DNA of 64,000 nt from an uncultured Planctomycetales bacterium (GTDB taxonomy: Bacteria; Omnitrophota; Gorgyraeia; Gygaellales; Profunditerraquicolaceae), in assembly GCA_964645795.1 (NCBI GenBank), contig CAZYCL010000006.1, positions 5,520 through 69,519 on the forward strand. The letters run 5' to 3'. Positions 30,888 through 39,956 of the stretch are shown one piece after another (within the stretch, counting starts at the first letter, position 1; every line of letters starts with the position of its first letter). The notes beneath the pieces were generated by a model. It did no database searches. It saw only the letters and a program-made list of their open reading frames with translations, and was not told where the DNA came from. A program made the position numbers and the translations under genes.

Positions 30888-31917
30888 CCATCTGGATAAA
30901 GAGATAATCCGCCTGCTTAACCGGCGCGCCGAGGTAAGCCTCAGGATTGGCGAGACCAAGAGAAAGAACGGCCTAAGCATCTACTCGCCCGAGCGCGAAA
31001 GAGAAGTATTGAAGAAGCTGGCGCTCTCCAACCGCGGGCCGCTTAGCAGCAAGGCGCTTGAGGCGATATACTGCGAGATCATGTCCTCCAGCCTTGCCCT
31101 GGAAAGGCCGCTCAGGATCGCATACATGGGCCCGGAGGCGTCTTTCAGCAACTTGGCCGCCTTAAAGAAGTTCGGCACGCAGGTAGGCTACATTGCTTCT
31201 AACGGCATTGCCAGCGTGTTCTTGGAGGTGGAGAGGGGCGCGGCTGATTACGGGGTGGTGCCGATAGAGAACTCCATCGAGGGGGCGGTGACGCACACCC
31301 TGGACATGTTCATCGATTCGGACCTGAAGATCTGCTCCCAGGTCATCCTGGATGTGTCGCATAACCTGCTTTCAAATTCCCCGAGGGCTGGGATCAGGCG
31401 CGTATATTCCAATCCGCAGGTCTTCGGCCAATGCCGCCTGTGGCTTCAGGAGAAGTTGCCTAACGCCGAGCTAATCGAAGTATCAAGTACGACGCGGGCC
31501 GCCCAGATCGCCGCCAAAGAAAAAAACAGCGCCTGCATCGCCTCGCTTCTGGCGGCCAAGGTCTACGGGCTCAAGGTCTTGGCTGCGGACATAGAGGATT
31601 CCCCGCATAACATCACGCGCTTCTTCGTCATCGGAAACACCGAGGTGGGGCAGACCGGAAGCGATAAGACCTCGCTGCTTTTCTCCATCAAGGACAAGGT
31701 GGGGGCGCTTTATGAGATGCTGCTCCCTTTTAAAAATAACCGGATAAACCTGACCAGGATAGAATCCCGGCCGTCCAAGAAAAAGGCCTGGGAGTATTAT
31801 TTCTTTGTCGACCTAGAGGGCCATAAGGACGACGCGCGCGTAAAGAAGGCGCTGGGGCAGTTGGAAAATAAGTGCAGGTTCTTGAAAGTGCTGGGGTCAT
31901 ACCCCGTCGCAGACTAA
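30850..31917 (+). CDS. pheA: Bifunctional chorismate mutase / prephenate dehydratase (P-protein) with ACT domain
   Basis: About 355 aa from MKMSLKNLRGQIDHLDKEIIRLLNRR (AroQ chorismate mutase helix). Prephenate dehydratase core (TRF/ESRP region). C-terminal ACT. Overlaps the scpB 3' end in another frame. Confidence 0.88.
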   Translation: MKMSLKNLRGQIDHLDKEIIRLLNRRAEVSLRIGETKRKNGLSIYSPEREREVLKKLALSNRGPLSSKALEAIYCEIMSSSLALERPLRIAYMGPEASFSNLAALKKFGTQVGYIASNGIASVFLEVERGAADYGVVPIENSIEGAVTHTLDMFIDSDLKICSQVILDVSHNLLSNSPRAGIRRVYSNPQVFGQCRLWLQEKLPNAELIEVSSTTRAAQIAAKEKNSACIASLLAAKVYGLKVLAADIEDSPHNITRFFVIGNTEVGQTGSDKTSLLFSIKDKVGALYEMLLPFKNNRINLTRIESRPSKKKAWEYYFFVDLEGHKDDARVKKALGQLENKCRFLKVLGSYPVAD

Positions 31918-31918
31918 T

Positions 31919-33004
31919 ATGACTGTTTTACCGAGAAAAAATACCGTCGATATCAAGCCCTATATAGCGGGCAAGCCTATCGATGAGACCAAGAGGCAGC
32001 TGGGGCTGCGCGAAGTTATAAAGCTGGCATCCAACGAAAACCCTTTAGGCCCCTCGCCCAAAGCTGCGGCGGCCATCAAGAAGAGCCTAGCCAACATCAA
32101 CAGGTATCCTGACGGCAGCGGCTTTTATCTGAAGAAAAGATTGTCCCGGCACCTGGGGGTCGGCGCCGACAGTTTAATACTGGGCAACGGCTCGGATGAA
32201 CTTATCGACATCATCGTCAAGGCCTTTGTGGAGGATGACGAGAGCATACTTACCGCCGACATAACATTCGTCGAGTATGAGATCGTAGCCAGGCAGAACG
32301 GCCGCCGCGCAGTGACTGTGCCGCTGAGGTACTTCAAGTATGACCTTGAGTCTATGCGCCGCAAAATAGACAAGAATACCAAGGTCATCTTTATCTCCAA
32401 CCCCAACAACCCCACGGGGACCTATGTGACCGACAGGGAGCTTGAGGAGTTTCTGGGTGAGGTGCCCGATAGCATACTGGTGGTGCTGGATGAGGCCTAT
32501 GACACTTTCATCGATGTCAACGATTACCCCTCAAGCCTTAAGTACCTGAAGAACAAGAATTTCATGATACTCAAGACCTTTTCCAAGGCTTACGGCCTGG
32601 CAGGATTAAGGATAGGCTATGCCATAGCCAACCCTTCGCTTATCGCATGCATGGAAAAGGTCAGGCAGCCCTTTAACACGAATATGCTGGCGCAGGAGGC
32701 GGCGTGCGCCGCCCTGGACGACAGGGATTTCCTTCGCCGCTCGAGAAAGCTCATTCTTGAAGGCAAGGATTTCATTTATGATTCGCTTAAGAAAATGGGG
32801 TTTGGTTACGTTCCCAGCGTTGCCAATTTCATCCTGGTCGATGTGGGATGCGACGGCCAGGAGGTGTTCAATAAATGCCTGCGGTTCGGGGTGATCGTGC
32901 GCGACATGAAGCAGTATGGGCTAAAGAACTTCATCCGCGTGACGATCGGCACCAAGAAAGAGAACGAGAGGTTTGTCAGGGTACTGAAAAAAGTATTACG
33001 TTGA
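31919..33004 (+). CDS. hisC: Histidinol-phosphate / aromatic-amino-acid aminotransferase (HisC family, class II PLP)
   Basis: 361 aa. LASNENPLGPSP substrate motif and PLP-lysine context KTFSKAYGLAGLRIGY. Position inside the pheA-aro-tyrA cluster suggests an aromatic aminotransferase role. Confidence 0.85.
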   Translation: MTVLPRKNTVDIKPYIAGKPIDETKRQLGLREVIKLASNENPLGPSPKAAAAIKKSLANINRYPDGSGFYLKKRLSRHLGVGADSLILGNGSDELIDIIVKAFVEDDESILTADITFVEYEIVARQNGRRAVTVPLRYFKYDLESMRRKIDKNTKVIFISNPNNPTGTYVTDRELEEFLGEVPDSILVVLDEAYDTFIDVNDYPSSLKYLKNKNFMILKTFSKAYGLAGLRIGYAIANPSLIACMEKVRQPFNTNMLAQEAACAALDDRDFLRRSRKLILEGKDFIYDSLKKMGFGYVPSVANFILVDVGCDGQEVFNKCLRFGVIVRDMKQYGLKNFIRVTIGTKKENERFVRVLKKVLR

Positions 33005-33148
33005 TGGGTTGCGGTTACGGTTGTGCATGGGTTGTGTTATCTGCCAGGGTTACGTAACCGAAACCGGCGCCGGAACCGATACCTGGCCGTGCCCGTTTAA
33101 CGCAACCGCAAACGCTGAATATAATCTTAAAAAAAGAGGAGCTCTTAA

Positions 33149-34165
33149 ATGATCATCGTATTAAGGACGGACGCAACCCAGGCCCAGGTTGACCATATCG
33201 TCGAGAAGGTCACCAAGCTCGGCCTTACTCCCCATATATCCAAAGGAACGGAGCGCACCATTATCGGGGTCATCGGCCCCGAGGATATCCTGCGCGTAAC
33301 GCCCCTGGAGGTCTTTGCGGGCGTGGAAAGCGTCATGCCTGTCCTGGCGCCCTATAAGCTGGTTTCCAGGGAGTTCAAGAAAGAAAGCTCCGTAATAGAC
33401 CTGGGCAAGAACGTCTCTATCGGCGGCAAGCGCCTGGTCGTGATGGCCGGCCCTTGCGCGGTCGAGAACATCGAGCTTTTGCGTGATATCGCGGGCCAGA
33501 TCAAGAAAGCGGGAGCCACGGTGCTCAGGGGCGGTGCATTCAAACCGCGCACCTCGCCTTACAGCTTTCAGGGTTTAGGAGAAGAAGGCCTGAAGATGCT
33601 CAAGAAAGTAGGGGATGAGTTCGGGCTGGTAACGGTCAGCGAAGTAATGGATACGCGCGACGTCAATCTCGTAGCCGATCACATCGACGTCCTCCAGATA
33701 GGGGCGCGCAATATGCAAAACTTTAACCTTTTGAAAGAGGTGGGCATGACCAAGAAGCCGGTGGTATTAAAGCGCGGGCTTTCTTCTACGATAAAAGAGC
33801 TGTTGATGTCTGCCGAGTACATACTCTCCGGAGGAAACTTCAATGTTATTCTTTGCGAACGCGGCATAAGGACATTTGAAGATGCCACGCGCAACACCCT
33901 GGATATCAGCGCGGTCCCCGTGGTCAAGCAGCTCTCGCACCTGCCGATCATCGTGGATCCGTCTCATGCCGCCGGAAAGTGGGGGTTAGTCGCGCCTTTG
34001 GCCAAGGCATCTGTCGCCGGCGGCGCCGACGGGCTGATGATCGAAGTCCACTCGCGCCCGGAAGAGGCCTCCAGCGACGGGGCCCAGTCCCTGCTGCCTT
34101 CCACATTCGCCGAGCTCATGCAGGAGATAAAAGGATTTTGCCGGGCCGCGGGAAGAGAAGCCTGA
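33149..34165 (+). CDS. 3-deoxy-7-phosphoheptulonate (DAHP) synthase, type I-beta with N-terminal regulatory domain
   Basis: 338 aa. N-terminal ~70-aa ferredoxin-like extension, then a KDO8P/DAHP-synthase TIM barrel (MAGPCAVE, KPRTSPYSFQG, DPSH motifs). Confidence 0.88.
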   Translation: MIIVLRTDATQAQVDHIVEKVTKLGLTPHISKGTERTIIGVIGPEDILRVTPLEVFAGVESVMPVLAPYKLVSREFKKESSVIDLGKNVSIGGKRLVVMAGPCAVENIELLRDIAGQIKKAGATVLRGGAFKPRTSPYSFQGLGEEGLKMLKKVGDEFGLVTVSEVMDTRDVNLVADHIDVLQIGARNMQNFNLLKEVGMTKKPVVLKRGLSSTIKELLMSAEYILSGGNFNVILCERGIRTFEDATRNTLDISAVPVVKQLSHLPIIVDPSHAAGKWGLVAPLAKASVAGGADGLMIEVHSRPEEASSDGAQSLLPSTFAELMQEIKGFCRAAGREA

Positions 34166-34995
34166 TGAGGATATTCGATACTGTTGCTATCGTGGGAACC
34201 GGGCTTATCGGGGGTTCCCTCGGCCTTGAGATAAGGTCAAGAAGGCTGGCCCGTAAGGTCATCGGCATCAGCCGTAGGGAAAAGAACGTCCTTTTGGCCA
34301 AAAAGATCGGCGCGATTGATGAAGCGCATACGCGGCTTACTGCGCTATCAGAAGCGGATGCGGTGGTATTGGCTGCTCCGGTTGATGCCATCCTGAGGCT
34401 GGGCCAAGAGCTTTCGGGATGCCTTGACAGCAGGACGCTGGTGACCGACGTAGGCAGCACAAAAGGAAATATCGTATCCAGCCTTTCAAAGCTCTTTCCC
34501 CGTTTTGTCGGAGGCCATCCGCTGGCCGGCTCCGAGAAAAAAAGCATTGCCTGGGCCCGCAAGGGCCTTTTCAAGGATTCAAAATGCATCCTTACTCCCA
34601 TCGGCTCCACCGACAGGCAAGCCCTGGCAAAAGTCAGGTTGCTCTGGAAGAGCGTGGGCGCCAGGGTCATCCTGATGAGCCCCAAGGAGCATGATACCAC
34701 CCTTTCTTTCATAAGCCATCTGCCGCATGCCGCGGCTTTCTCGCTGATGAACGCCATACCTCAGAAGTATTTAAAATTCGCCGCTGCCGGCCTTAAAGAT
34801 ACTGCCAGGGTAGCTTCTTCCGACGCCCGGCTCTGGGCAGATATCTTTATGGACAACCGGGCCGATCTCCTTAAAGCCCTGGAGTCCCTGGGAGGACAGC
34901 TGCACAACGTCTCTGATGCGCTTAAGCGTTCGGACCTCAAAAAGCTCTGCTGCCTGCTTGCCGAGGCCAGGCGCAGGAGGGAAGGCCTGGGATGA
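34165..34995 (+). CDS. tyrA: Prephenate dehydrogenase
   Basis: 276 aa from MRIFDTVAIVGTGLIGGS (Rossmann GxGxxG). ATG 34165 overlaps the DAHP synthase stop. The ORF-track N-terminal extension (33979) overlaps the upstream gene and is rejected. Confidence 0.85.
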   Translation: MRIFDTVAIVGTGLIGGSLGLEIRSRRLARKVIGISRREKNVLLAKKIGAIDEAHTRLTALSEADAVVLAAPVDAILRLGQELSGCLDSRTLVTDVGSTKGNIVSSLSKLFPRFVGGHPLAGSEKKSIAWARKGLFKDSKCILTPIGSTDRQALAKVRLLWKSVGARVILMSPKEHDTTLSFISHLPHAAAFSLMNAIPQKYLKFAAAGLKDTARVASSDARLWADIFMDNRADLLKALESLGGQLHNVSDALKRSDLKKLCCLLAEARRRREGLG

Positions 34996-35648
34996 TCGTC
35001 GCCATTGATGGGCCTGCAGGTGCCGGCAAGTCCACTATTGCCAGGTCAGTCGCCGGCAAGCTTGGCTTTCTTTACATCGATACCGGCGCGATGTACCGAG
35101 CGCTCACCTTAAAAGCCCTGGAACGCAATATTGATATAGGGAATGCCAAGGCAGTGATCGAGCTGGCGCATAATACGCAGATCGACCTGCGCAATGACGC
35201 CGGCGGAGAGCTTATGATCTCCCTTGACGGGGAGGATGTGAGCCGCCAGATCCGGCAGCCGCGCATTACTAAATTCGTCTCTGACGTGGCCAAGATCAAG
35301 GAGGTCCGCGAGGTGATGGTGGGCCTGCAGAGAAAGCTCGGAGAAAGCCGTAATTCGGTGCTCGACGGCAGGGATATCGGCACGGTGGTATTTCCTGAGG
35401 CGGACAGGAAATTCTTTCTTGACGCGGATTTCAGGGAGAGGGCAGCGCGCCGGCATAAGGAGCTGGTCGCCGCGGGCACGGATATAAGCGTTGGCGAGGT
35501 CGAAAAAGACCTGGCTAACCGCGATAACATAGATTCAACGAGAAAAGTCGCCCCGCTTAAGAAAGCGGATGACGCCGTCTATATAGATACTACAAAGTTG
35601 AGCATAGAACAGGTAGTGGAGAAGGTCCTAAGTTTTATTCGCAGTTAA
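34992..35648 (+). CDS. cmk: Cytidylate kinase
   Basis: 218 aa. P-loop IVAIDGPAGAGKST and GAMYRA motif. Confidence 0.9.
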   Translation: MIVAIDGPAGAGKSTIARSVAGKLGFLYIDTGAMYRALTLKALERNIDIGNAKAVIELAHNTQIDLRNDAGGELMISLDGEDVSRQIRQPRITKFVSDVAKIKEVREVMVGLQRKLGESRNSVLDGRDIGTVVFPEADRKFFLDADFRERAARRHKELVAAGTDISVGEVEKDLANRDNIDSTRKVAPLKKADDAVYIDTTKLSIEQVVEKVLSFIRS

Positions 35649-35660
35649 TGAAGGTGTTCC

Positions 35661-35743
35661 CAAGTCACCGCGTCACCAAGTCACCAGTTAGGCCGGTGAC
35701 TTGGTGACCGGTTCAATTTTACTTATTGGGTGACCTGGTGACC
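35661..35743 (+). repeat. Cluster of four 14-nt GTCACCAAGTCACC-type repeats forming a perfect 14-bp stem hairpin (35672-85 / 35695-708) after cmk; a likely terminator built from a short interspersed repeat
   Basis: Motif copies at 35661-69, 35672-85 (forward) and 35695-709, 35729-43 (inverted). The same motif recurs at 58041-70. Confidence 0.6.
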
Positions 35744-35764
35744 CTGCGAACAATTTTAAAGTCA

Positions 35765-37561
35765 ATGGACAAAACTCTTATTCGCAATTTTTCAATAATC
35801 GCCCACATCGACCACGGAAAATCTACGCTGGCCGACAGGATACTGGAGCTTACGGGCGTGGTGGACCGCTCCCATAAGGGAGACCAGCTGCTTGACGATA
35901 TGGAGCTGGAGAAGGAGCGCGGCATCACCATCAAGGCCTCGATGGTCAGGCTCAATTACCGCTGCCGTAAGGACGGACGCGATTACGTCTTTAACCTTAT
36001 CGATACCCCGGGCCACGTTGATTTTACTTACGAGGTCTCCAAATCGCTGGCTGCCTGCGAAGGGGCGGTGCTGGTGGTGGATGCCGGCCAGGGCATCGAG
36101 GCCCAGACCGTGGCCAATTATTACCTGGCCCTCGACAATAACCTGGAGATGATACCGGTAATAAACAAGATAGACCTGCAATCCGCGGATATCGAAAGGG
36201 TAAAGCATCAGATCAACGGTGTTTTGGGTTTCCGCGAGGCTGATATAATACTGGCCAGCGCTAAGGAAGGCAAGGGCATCGATGATATCCTGGAAAGGAT
36301 AGTCGAGGTAGTGCCGGCGCCGACCGGCGAGCCGCAGCATACGCTAAAGGCTTTGGTCTTTGACTGCCGCTACGATGCCTATAAGGGCGTAGTGGTTTTT
36401 GTCAGGGTAGTCGACGGCAAGTTCGATAAAAACACGCCCCTGAAGATGATGCATTCGGGAAAGGTCTATAAGATAGAGGAGATGGGCACCTTCAACCTTA
36501 AATACTGCGAAGCGGACGGGCTCTCGTGCGGCGAGGTAGGGTACCTGACCGCCAACATCCGCGACCCGCGCGAGATAATCATCGGCGACACCATCACCGA
36601 CAACCGTAACCCGTGCACAGAGGCACTGCCCGGATACAGGAAGCTTAAACCCCTGGTCTTCTGCGGGATCTATCCGGTCAACCCCGGAGATTTTCCGGAG
36701 TTGCGCGACGCCATGGATAAATTAAAGCTGTCGGACGCCTCTTTTGTATTTGAGCCCGAGAACTCCCAGTCATTCGGCTCGGGGTTTCGCTGCGGGTTCC
36801 TGGGGCTTTTGCATATGGAGATCGTCCAGGAGAGGCTGGAGAGGGAGTATAACCTTAACCTCATTCTTACCGTGCCCAACGTGGTATACCGCGTACGCAG
36901 CGCGAATGGTGAGTTGACAGAGGTTGATACTCCGGCCAAGCTTCCCGCATCCCAGGAGATACTCGAGGCCCAGGAGCCGATAGCCACACTTTTGATGATC
37001 GTGCCGGTGGATTCCATCGAGGTAGTCTGCGATTTTACCAAATCCCGGCGAGGGGTTTTCAGGTCCAATGAGTATTTGGGGGAAGACAGGGTAAAGATAG
37101 TTTTTGATATACCGCTTTCCGAGATAATCGTGGATTTTTACGACCGCATCAAATCGCTTACCCGCGGCTACGGTTCGCTTGATTACGAGTTCAAGGAGTA
37201 TGTGCCGACCAATCTCGTGAAGCTTGATATCATGCTTAACGGTATAGTATGCGACGCTTTCTCCTCGCTGATACACAAAGAGAAGGCCTACTCCAAGGCC
37301 CGGGCGCTGGTGGAGAAGCTAAGAGGCCTCATACCCAGGCATGTGTTTGAAGTCAGCATCCAGGCAGCCATAGGCGGCCAGATAATCGCGGCGGAAAAAG
37401 TGCGCGCCCTCTCCAAGCACGTTACCAGCAAATGTTACGGCGGCGATATCACCCGCAAGCGCAAGCTTTGGGACAAGCAGAAAGAGGGCAAGAAGAGGCT
37501 CAAGCAGTTCGGCAGAGTCGAGATCCCGCAGGAGGCGTTTTTAGAGGTGCTTAAAATATGA
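35765..37561 (+). CDS. lepA: Elongation factor 4 (LepA)
   Basis: About 598 aa from MDKTLIRNFSIIAHIDHGKSTL (G1 motif). DTPGHVDF, NKID G-motifs. LepA-specific C-terminal domain. Confidence 0.95.
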   Translation: MDKTLIRNFSIIAHIDHGKSTLADRILELTGVVDRSHKGDQLLDDMELEKERGITIKASMVRLNYRCRKDGRDYVFNLIDTPGHVDFTYEVSKSLAACEGAVLVVDAGQGIEAQTVANYYLALDNNLEMIPVINKIDLQSADIERVKHQINGVLGFREADIILASAKEGKGIDDILERIVEVVPAPTGEPQHTLKALVFDCRYDAYKGVVVFVRVVDGKFDKNTPLKMMHSGKVYKIEEMGTFNLKYCEADGLSCGEVGYLTANIRDPREIIIGDTITDNRNPCTEALPGYRKLKPLVFCGIYPVNPGDFPELRDAMDKLKLSDASFVFEPENSQSFGSGFRCGFLGLLHMEIVQERLEREYNLNLILTVPNVVYRVRSANGELTEVDTPAKLPASQEILEAQEPIATLLMIVPVDSIEVVCDFTKSRRGVFRSNEYLGEDRVKIVFDIPLSEIIVDFYDRIKSLTRGYGSLDYEFKEYVPTNLVKLDIMLNGIVCDAFSSLIHKEKAYSKARALVEKLRGLIPRHVFEVSIQAAIGGQIIAAEKVRALSKHVTSKCYGGDITRKRKLWDKQKEGKKRLKQFGRVEIPQEAFLEVLKI

Positions 37562-38157
37562 AGATATCCGGCTTATGGAAATTAAAAGGGGGCAAGAAAC
37601 CGGCGTTCAGGGAGTGGGTGGAGTCCATCGTCATTGCCTTTATCATGGCGATGTTCATCCGGGCCTTTTTCATCCAGGCCTTTAAGATCCCCACCGGCTC
37701 CATGCGCATGACGCTCATCGAGGGCGACCTGATACTGGTGGATAAGCTGACCTACGGGGCAAAAATCCCCTTTACAGACAAGCGATTACCTGCTATAAGA
37801 AAACCTCAGAGAGGCGATATAATCGTCTTCATCTACCCCGAAGACAGGAAAAAGGATTTTATCAAACGCCTTGTGGGGCTGCCGGGAGAGACGGTAGAGA
37901 TAAAGAGCGGTTCGATTTTCATCGACGGAAAGCCCCTGATGGAGCCGCTATTTAGCCGCAGGTATTATTATAACCGCGGAGACTTCACCCAGGAAGGGCA
38001 GAAGATAGTGGTGCCTGCGGATAATTATTTCGTGTTGGGGGATAACTCTGCTTCTTCCAAGGACAGCCGTTACTGGGGGTTTGTGCCGCACAAGAACGTC
38101 CTGGGTAGGGCAGTGCTTATCTACTGGCCTGTCACCAGGATCAGGCTTATCAAATGA
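37558..38157 (+). CDS. lepB: Signal peptidase I
   Basis: 199 aa. TM anchor, catalytic Ser box (IPTGSMRMT) and Lys box (KRLVGLPGE), GDNSASSKDSRYWGFV box E. Confidence 0.9.
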   Translation: MKISGLWKLKGGKKPAFREWVESIVIAFIMAMFIRAFFIQAFKIPTGSMRMTLIEGDLILVDKLTYGAKIPFTDKRLPAIRKPQRGDIIVFIYPEDRKKDFIKRLVGLPGETVEIKSGSIFIDGKPLMEPLFSRRYYYNRGDFTQEGQKIVVPADNYFVLGDNSASSKDSRYWGFVPHKNVLGRAVLIYWPVTRIRLIK

Positions 38158-38717
38158 ACATAGCTAACAAGATCTCGACCTTTCGGATACTGAGCGTTCC
38201 GTTCTTCATCGCCTGCCTTCTTTTTTATTCCCCGGAAAAGGAGTTCTTGAGGTTCGTGGCTTTAGGCATATTTATCCTCGGGGTCATATCGGATGCCGCT
38301 GACGGCTATATCGCCAGGAAATCGAAGCAGCAGTCAAAGGCGGGCCTGGTGCTTGACCCGTTGGGGGACAAGCTCCTGTTGATGAGCGCGTTTATCTTTC
38401 TTTGCGCGATACAGGACCTGGGTTTGAGGTTTCCGCTCTGGGTGACGTTTATCGTCGTAAGCAGGGACCTTATCATACTGCTTGGGGCAGTAGTCATCTA
38501 CATGGTAAAACAGAACATCTCGGTGCACCCGACCAGGTGGGGAAAGCTGACTACGACTTTCCAGATGGCCTCGGTGATCGCGGTGCTCCTGCAGTTGAAG
38601 CTTTCATATTTAGTGTGGTGGCCGGCGGTGTTCTTTACCGTCATATCGGGATTCGATTACGTAAGAAGGGGATTCTCTATATTGTATGCCGTGGATAATC
38701 ACCGGTCTAATCATTAG
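38154..38717 (+). CDS. pgsA: CDP-diacylglycerol--glycerol-3-phosphate 3-phosphatidyltransferase
   Basis: 187 aa. CDP-alcohol phosphatidyltransferase signature DGYIARK...G...DPLGDKL. Confidence 0.85.
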   Translation: MNIANKISTFRILSVPFFIACLLFYSPEKEFLRFVALGIFILGVISDAADGYIARKSKQQSKAGLVLDPLGDKLLLMSAFIFLCAIQDLGLRFPLWVTFIVVSRDLIILLGAVVIYMVKQNISVHPTRWGKLTTTFQMASVIAVLLQLKLSYLVWWPAVFFTVISGFDYVRRGFSILYAVDNHRSNH

Positions 38718-39309
38718 CTATCTTTTTGGTTCCATCCCCACCGCCTATATCTTTGTCAGGATCATTAAAGGCGAGGATATCCGGCTCATGGGCTCAGGCA
38801 ATGTCGGCGCCACCAATGCCTCCCGCGTATTGGGTAAGCCCCTGGGCTTTTTGATACTTTTTCTTGATATCCTGAAAGGGCTGGCAGCGGTCCTGATCAT
38901 CGGTAACATCATTATCCCCAAGAGCGGTTATGCCAACGATGCGATGCTGCGTATGCTCTTGGGCATATTCGCCATACTGGGCCACACCTGGACAGTATTC
39001 TTGAATTTTAAAGGAGGCAAGGGAGTGGCCACGACCCTGGGAGTGCTCTTGGGGCTTTCGTTTTGCCTGCCGGGTTTAGGCGTTATCCTGCTTTTAAGCT
39101 TTGCCTCCTGGGCGCTGGTCTTTGCCGCCACCAGAATAGTCTCCCTGGCATCGGTTATTGCCTGCATTCTTTTCCCGGTATTGATGCTTTTGTTCAGGCA
39201 GCCTTTAGAGCTCACCGCTATAACCATCCTTATTTCACTCTTCATTATCCTGCGCCACAGCTCCAATATCCGTAGGTTGTTACAGGGCAAGGAAAAACGT
39301 CTCTCCTAG
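38686..39309 (+). CDS. plsY: Glycerol-3-phosphate acyltransferase PlsY
   Basis: 207 aa. N-terminal GSIPTAYI, GSGNVGATN and HTWTVFLNFKGGKG motifs characteristic of PlsY. Confidence 0.9.
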   Translation: MPWIITGLIISYLFGSIPTAYIFVRIIKGEDIRLMGSGNVGATNASRVLGKPLGFLILFLDILKGLAAVLIIGNIIIPKSGYANDAMLRMLLGIFAILGHTWTVFLNFKGGKGVATTLGVLLGLSFCLPGLGVILLLSFASWALVFAATRIVSLASVIACILFPVLMLLFRQPLELTAITILISLFIILRHSSNIRRLLQGKEKRLS

Positions 39310-39347
39310 AAACCAAGAAAACGCTTTCAAAAATCGTTCCTAAACTA

Positions 39348-39376
39348 TTGAAAACGCTTGTATTATGATATATACT
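39348..39376 (+). promoter_or_regulatory. Consensus-like sigma70 promoter (TTGAAA-17-TATACT) upstream of the 39485 small gene, followed by a 10-bp-stem 5'-UTR hairpin (39413-22 / 39465-74)
   Basis: TTGAAA at 39348-53, TATACT at 39371-76. Inverted repeat GCCGGGTAAC / GTTACCCGGC in the leader. Confidence 0.55.
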
Positions 39377-39484
39377 CGCATTGCAAAGCTAGTTTTTCCA
39401 TCGATAATCTAGGCCGGGTAACGAATATAAGCGCTAGGGAGAATAAGACAATAGGTTACCCGGCTTATAATTTAAGGTAGCGAT

Positions 39485-39820
39485 ATGAGAGACCTGGTAT
39501 TTAAAAACCTTACTTCACTCGATAAAAAGCGCCGGATCGTCGTCAGCTCCGAGACGATGGACAAGGAAGGCATCCACAGCGTTATACACAGGCATTTTGC
39601 CTGCATGGTCAAAGAGGTCAAAGACGGCAATATGCAGCGGATGCCGCACTGCCTTAATGTCATCAAAGAGCGTAATAATAAGGATCATACCGAGAGGTTT
39701 TTCTGTAAGATAAAGGGCAATTTATTTGCCATTAGCCAGGGCAAGATCTTCGAAATAGCCTTTATGCACTCCTTGAAGATCAATCTGTCTCCCAGCGCTA
39801 CGTCTTCCGGGACCTGCTAA
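39485..39820 (+). CDS. Hypothetical His/Cys-rich small protein (111 aa)
   Basis: Complete ORF with its own promoter and downstream terminator. No family recognised. Several His/Cys residues (HRHFAC, PHC, FFC). Confidence 0.45.
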   Translation: MRDLVFKNLTSLDKKRRIVVSSETMDKEGIHSVIHRHFACMVKEVKDGNMQRMPHCLNVIKERNNKDHTERFFCKIKGNLFAISQGKIFEIAFMHSLKINLSPSATSSGTC

Positions 39821-39848
39821 AAAAGGCCGCAAAACCGGGTTTTAAGGG

Positions 39849-39879
39849 CCGCACAGTAAATTGTGCGGTTTTTTGTTTT
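39849..39879 (+). terminator. Rho-independent terminator
   Basis: Stem CCGCACA / TGTGCGG with loop GTAAAT, followed by TTTTTTGTTTT. Confidence 0.75.
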
Positions 39880-39920
39880 CGCAACCCTTTTGCCGCGTTA
39901 CGGTTAGGTATAAAAAACCT

Positions 39921-39948
39921 TTGACAAACTGCAATTTATTTATATAAT
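39921..39948 (+). promoter_or_regulatory. Perfect consensus sigma70 promoter TTGACA-16-TATAAT; the predicted start site lies next to the ATG at 39957 (leaderless or near-leaderless transcript)
   Basis: TTGACA 39921-26 and TATAAT 39943-48. The ATG is 9 nt after the -10 element and has no Shine-Dalgarno sequence. Confidence 0.65.
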
Positions 39949-39956
39949 AACCTTAA

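Noticed and set aside
33979-34164. ORF-track N-terminal extension of tyrA
   Set aside because: It overlaps the 3' end of the DAHP synthase gene in another frame. The Rossmann GxGxxG motif begins right after ATG 34165, which overlaps the upstream stop.
35726-35764. ORF-track N-terminal extension of lepA
   Set aside because: LepA homologues start about 8 residues before the G1 motif. MDKTLIRNFSIIAHIDHGKS at 35765 fits, and the extension runs into the repeat/hairpin region.
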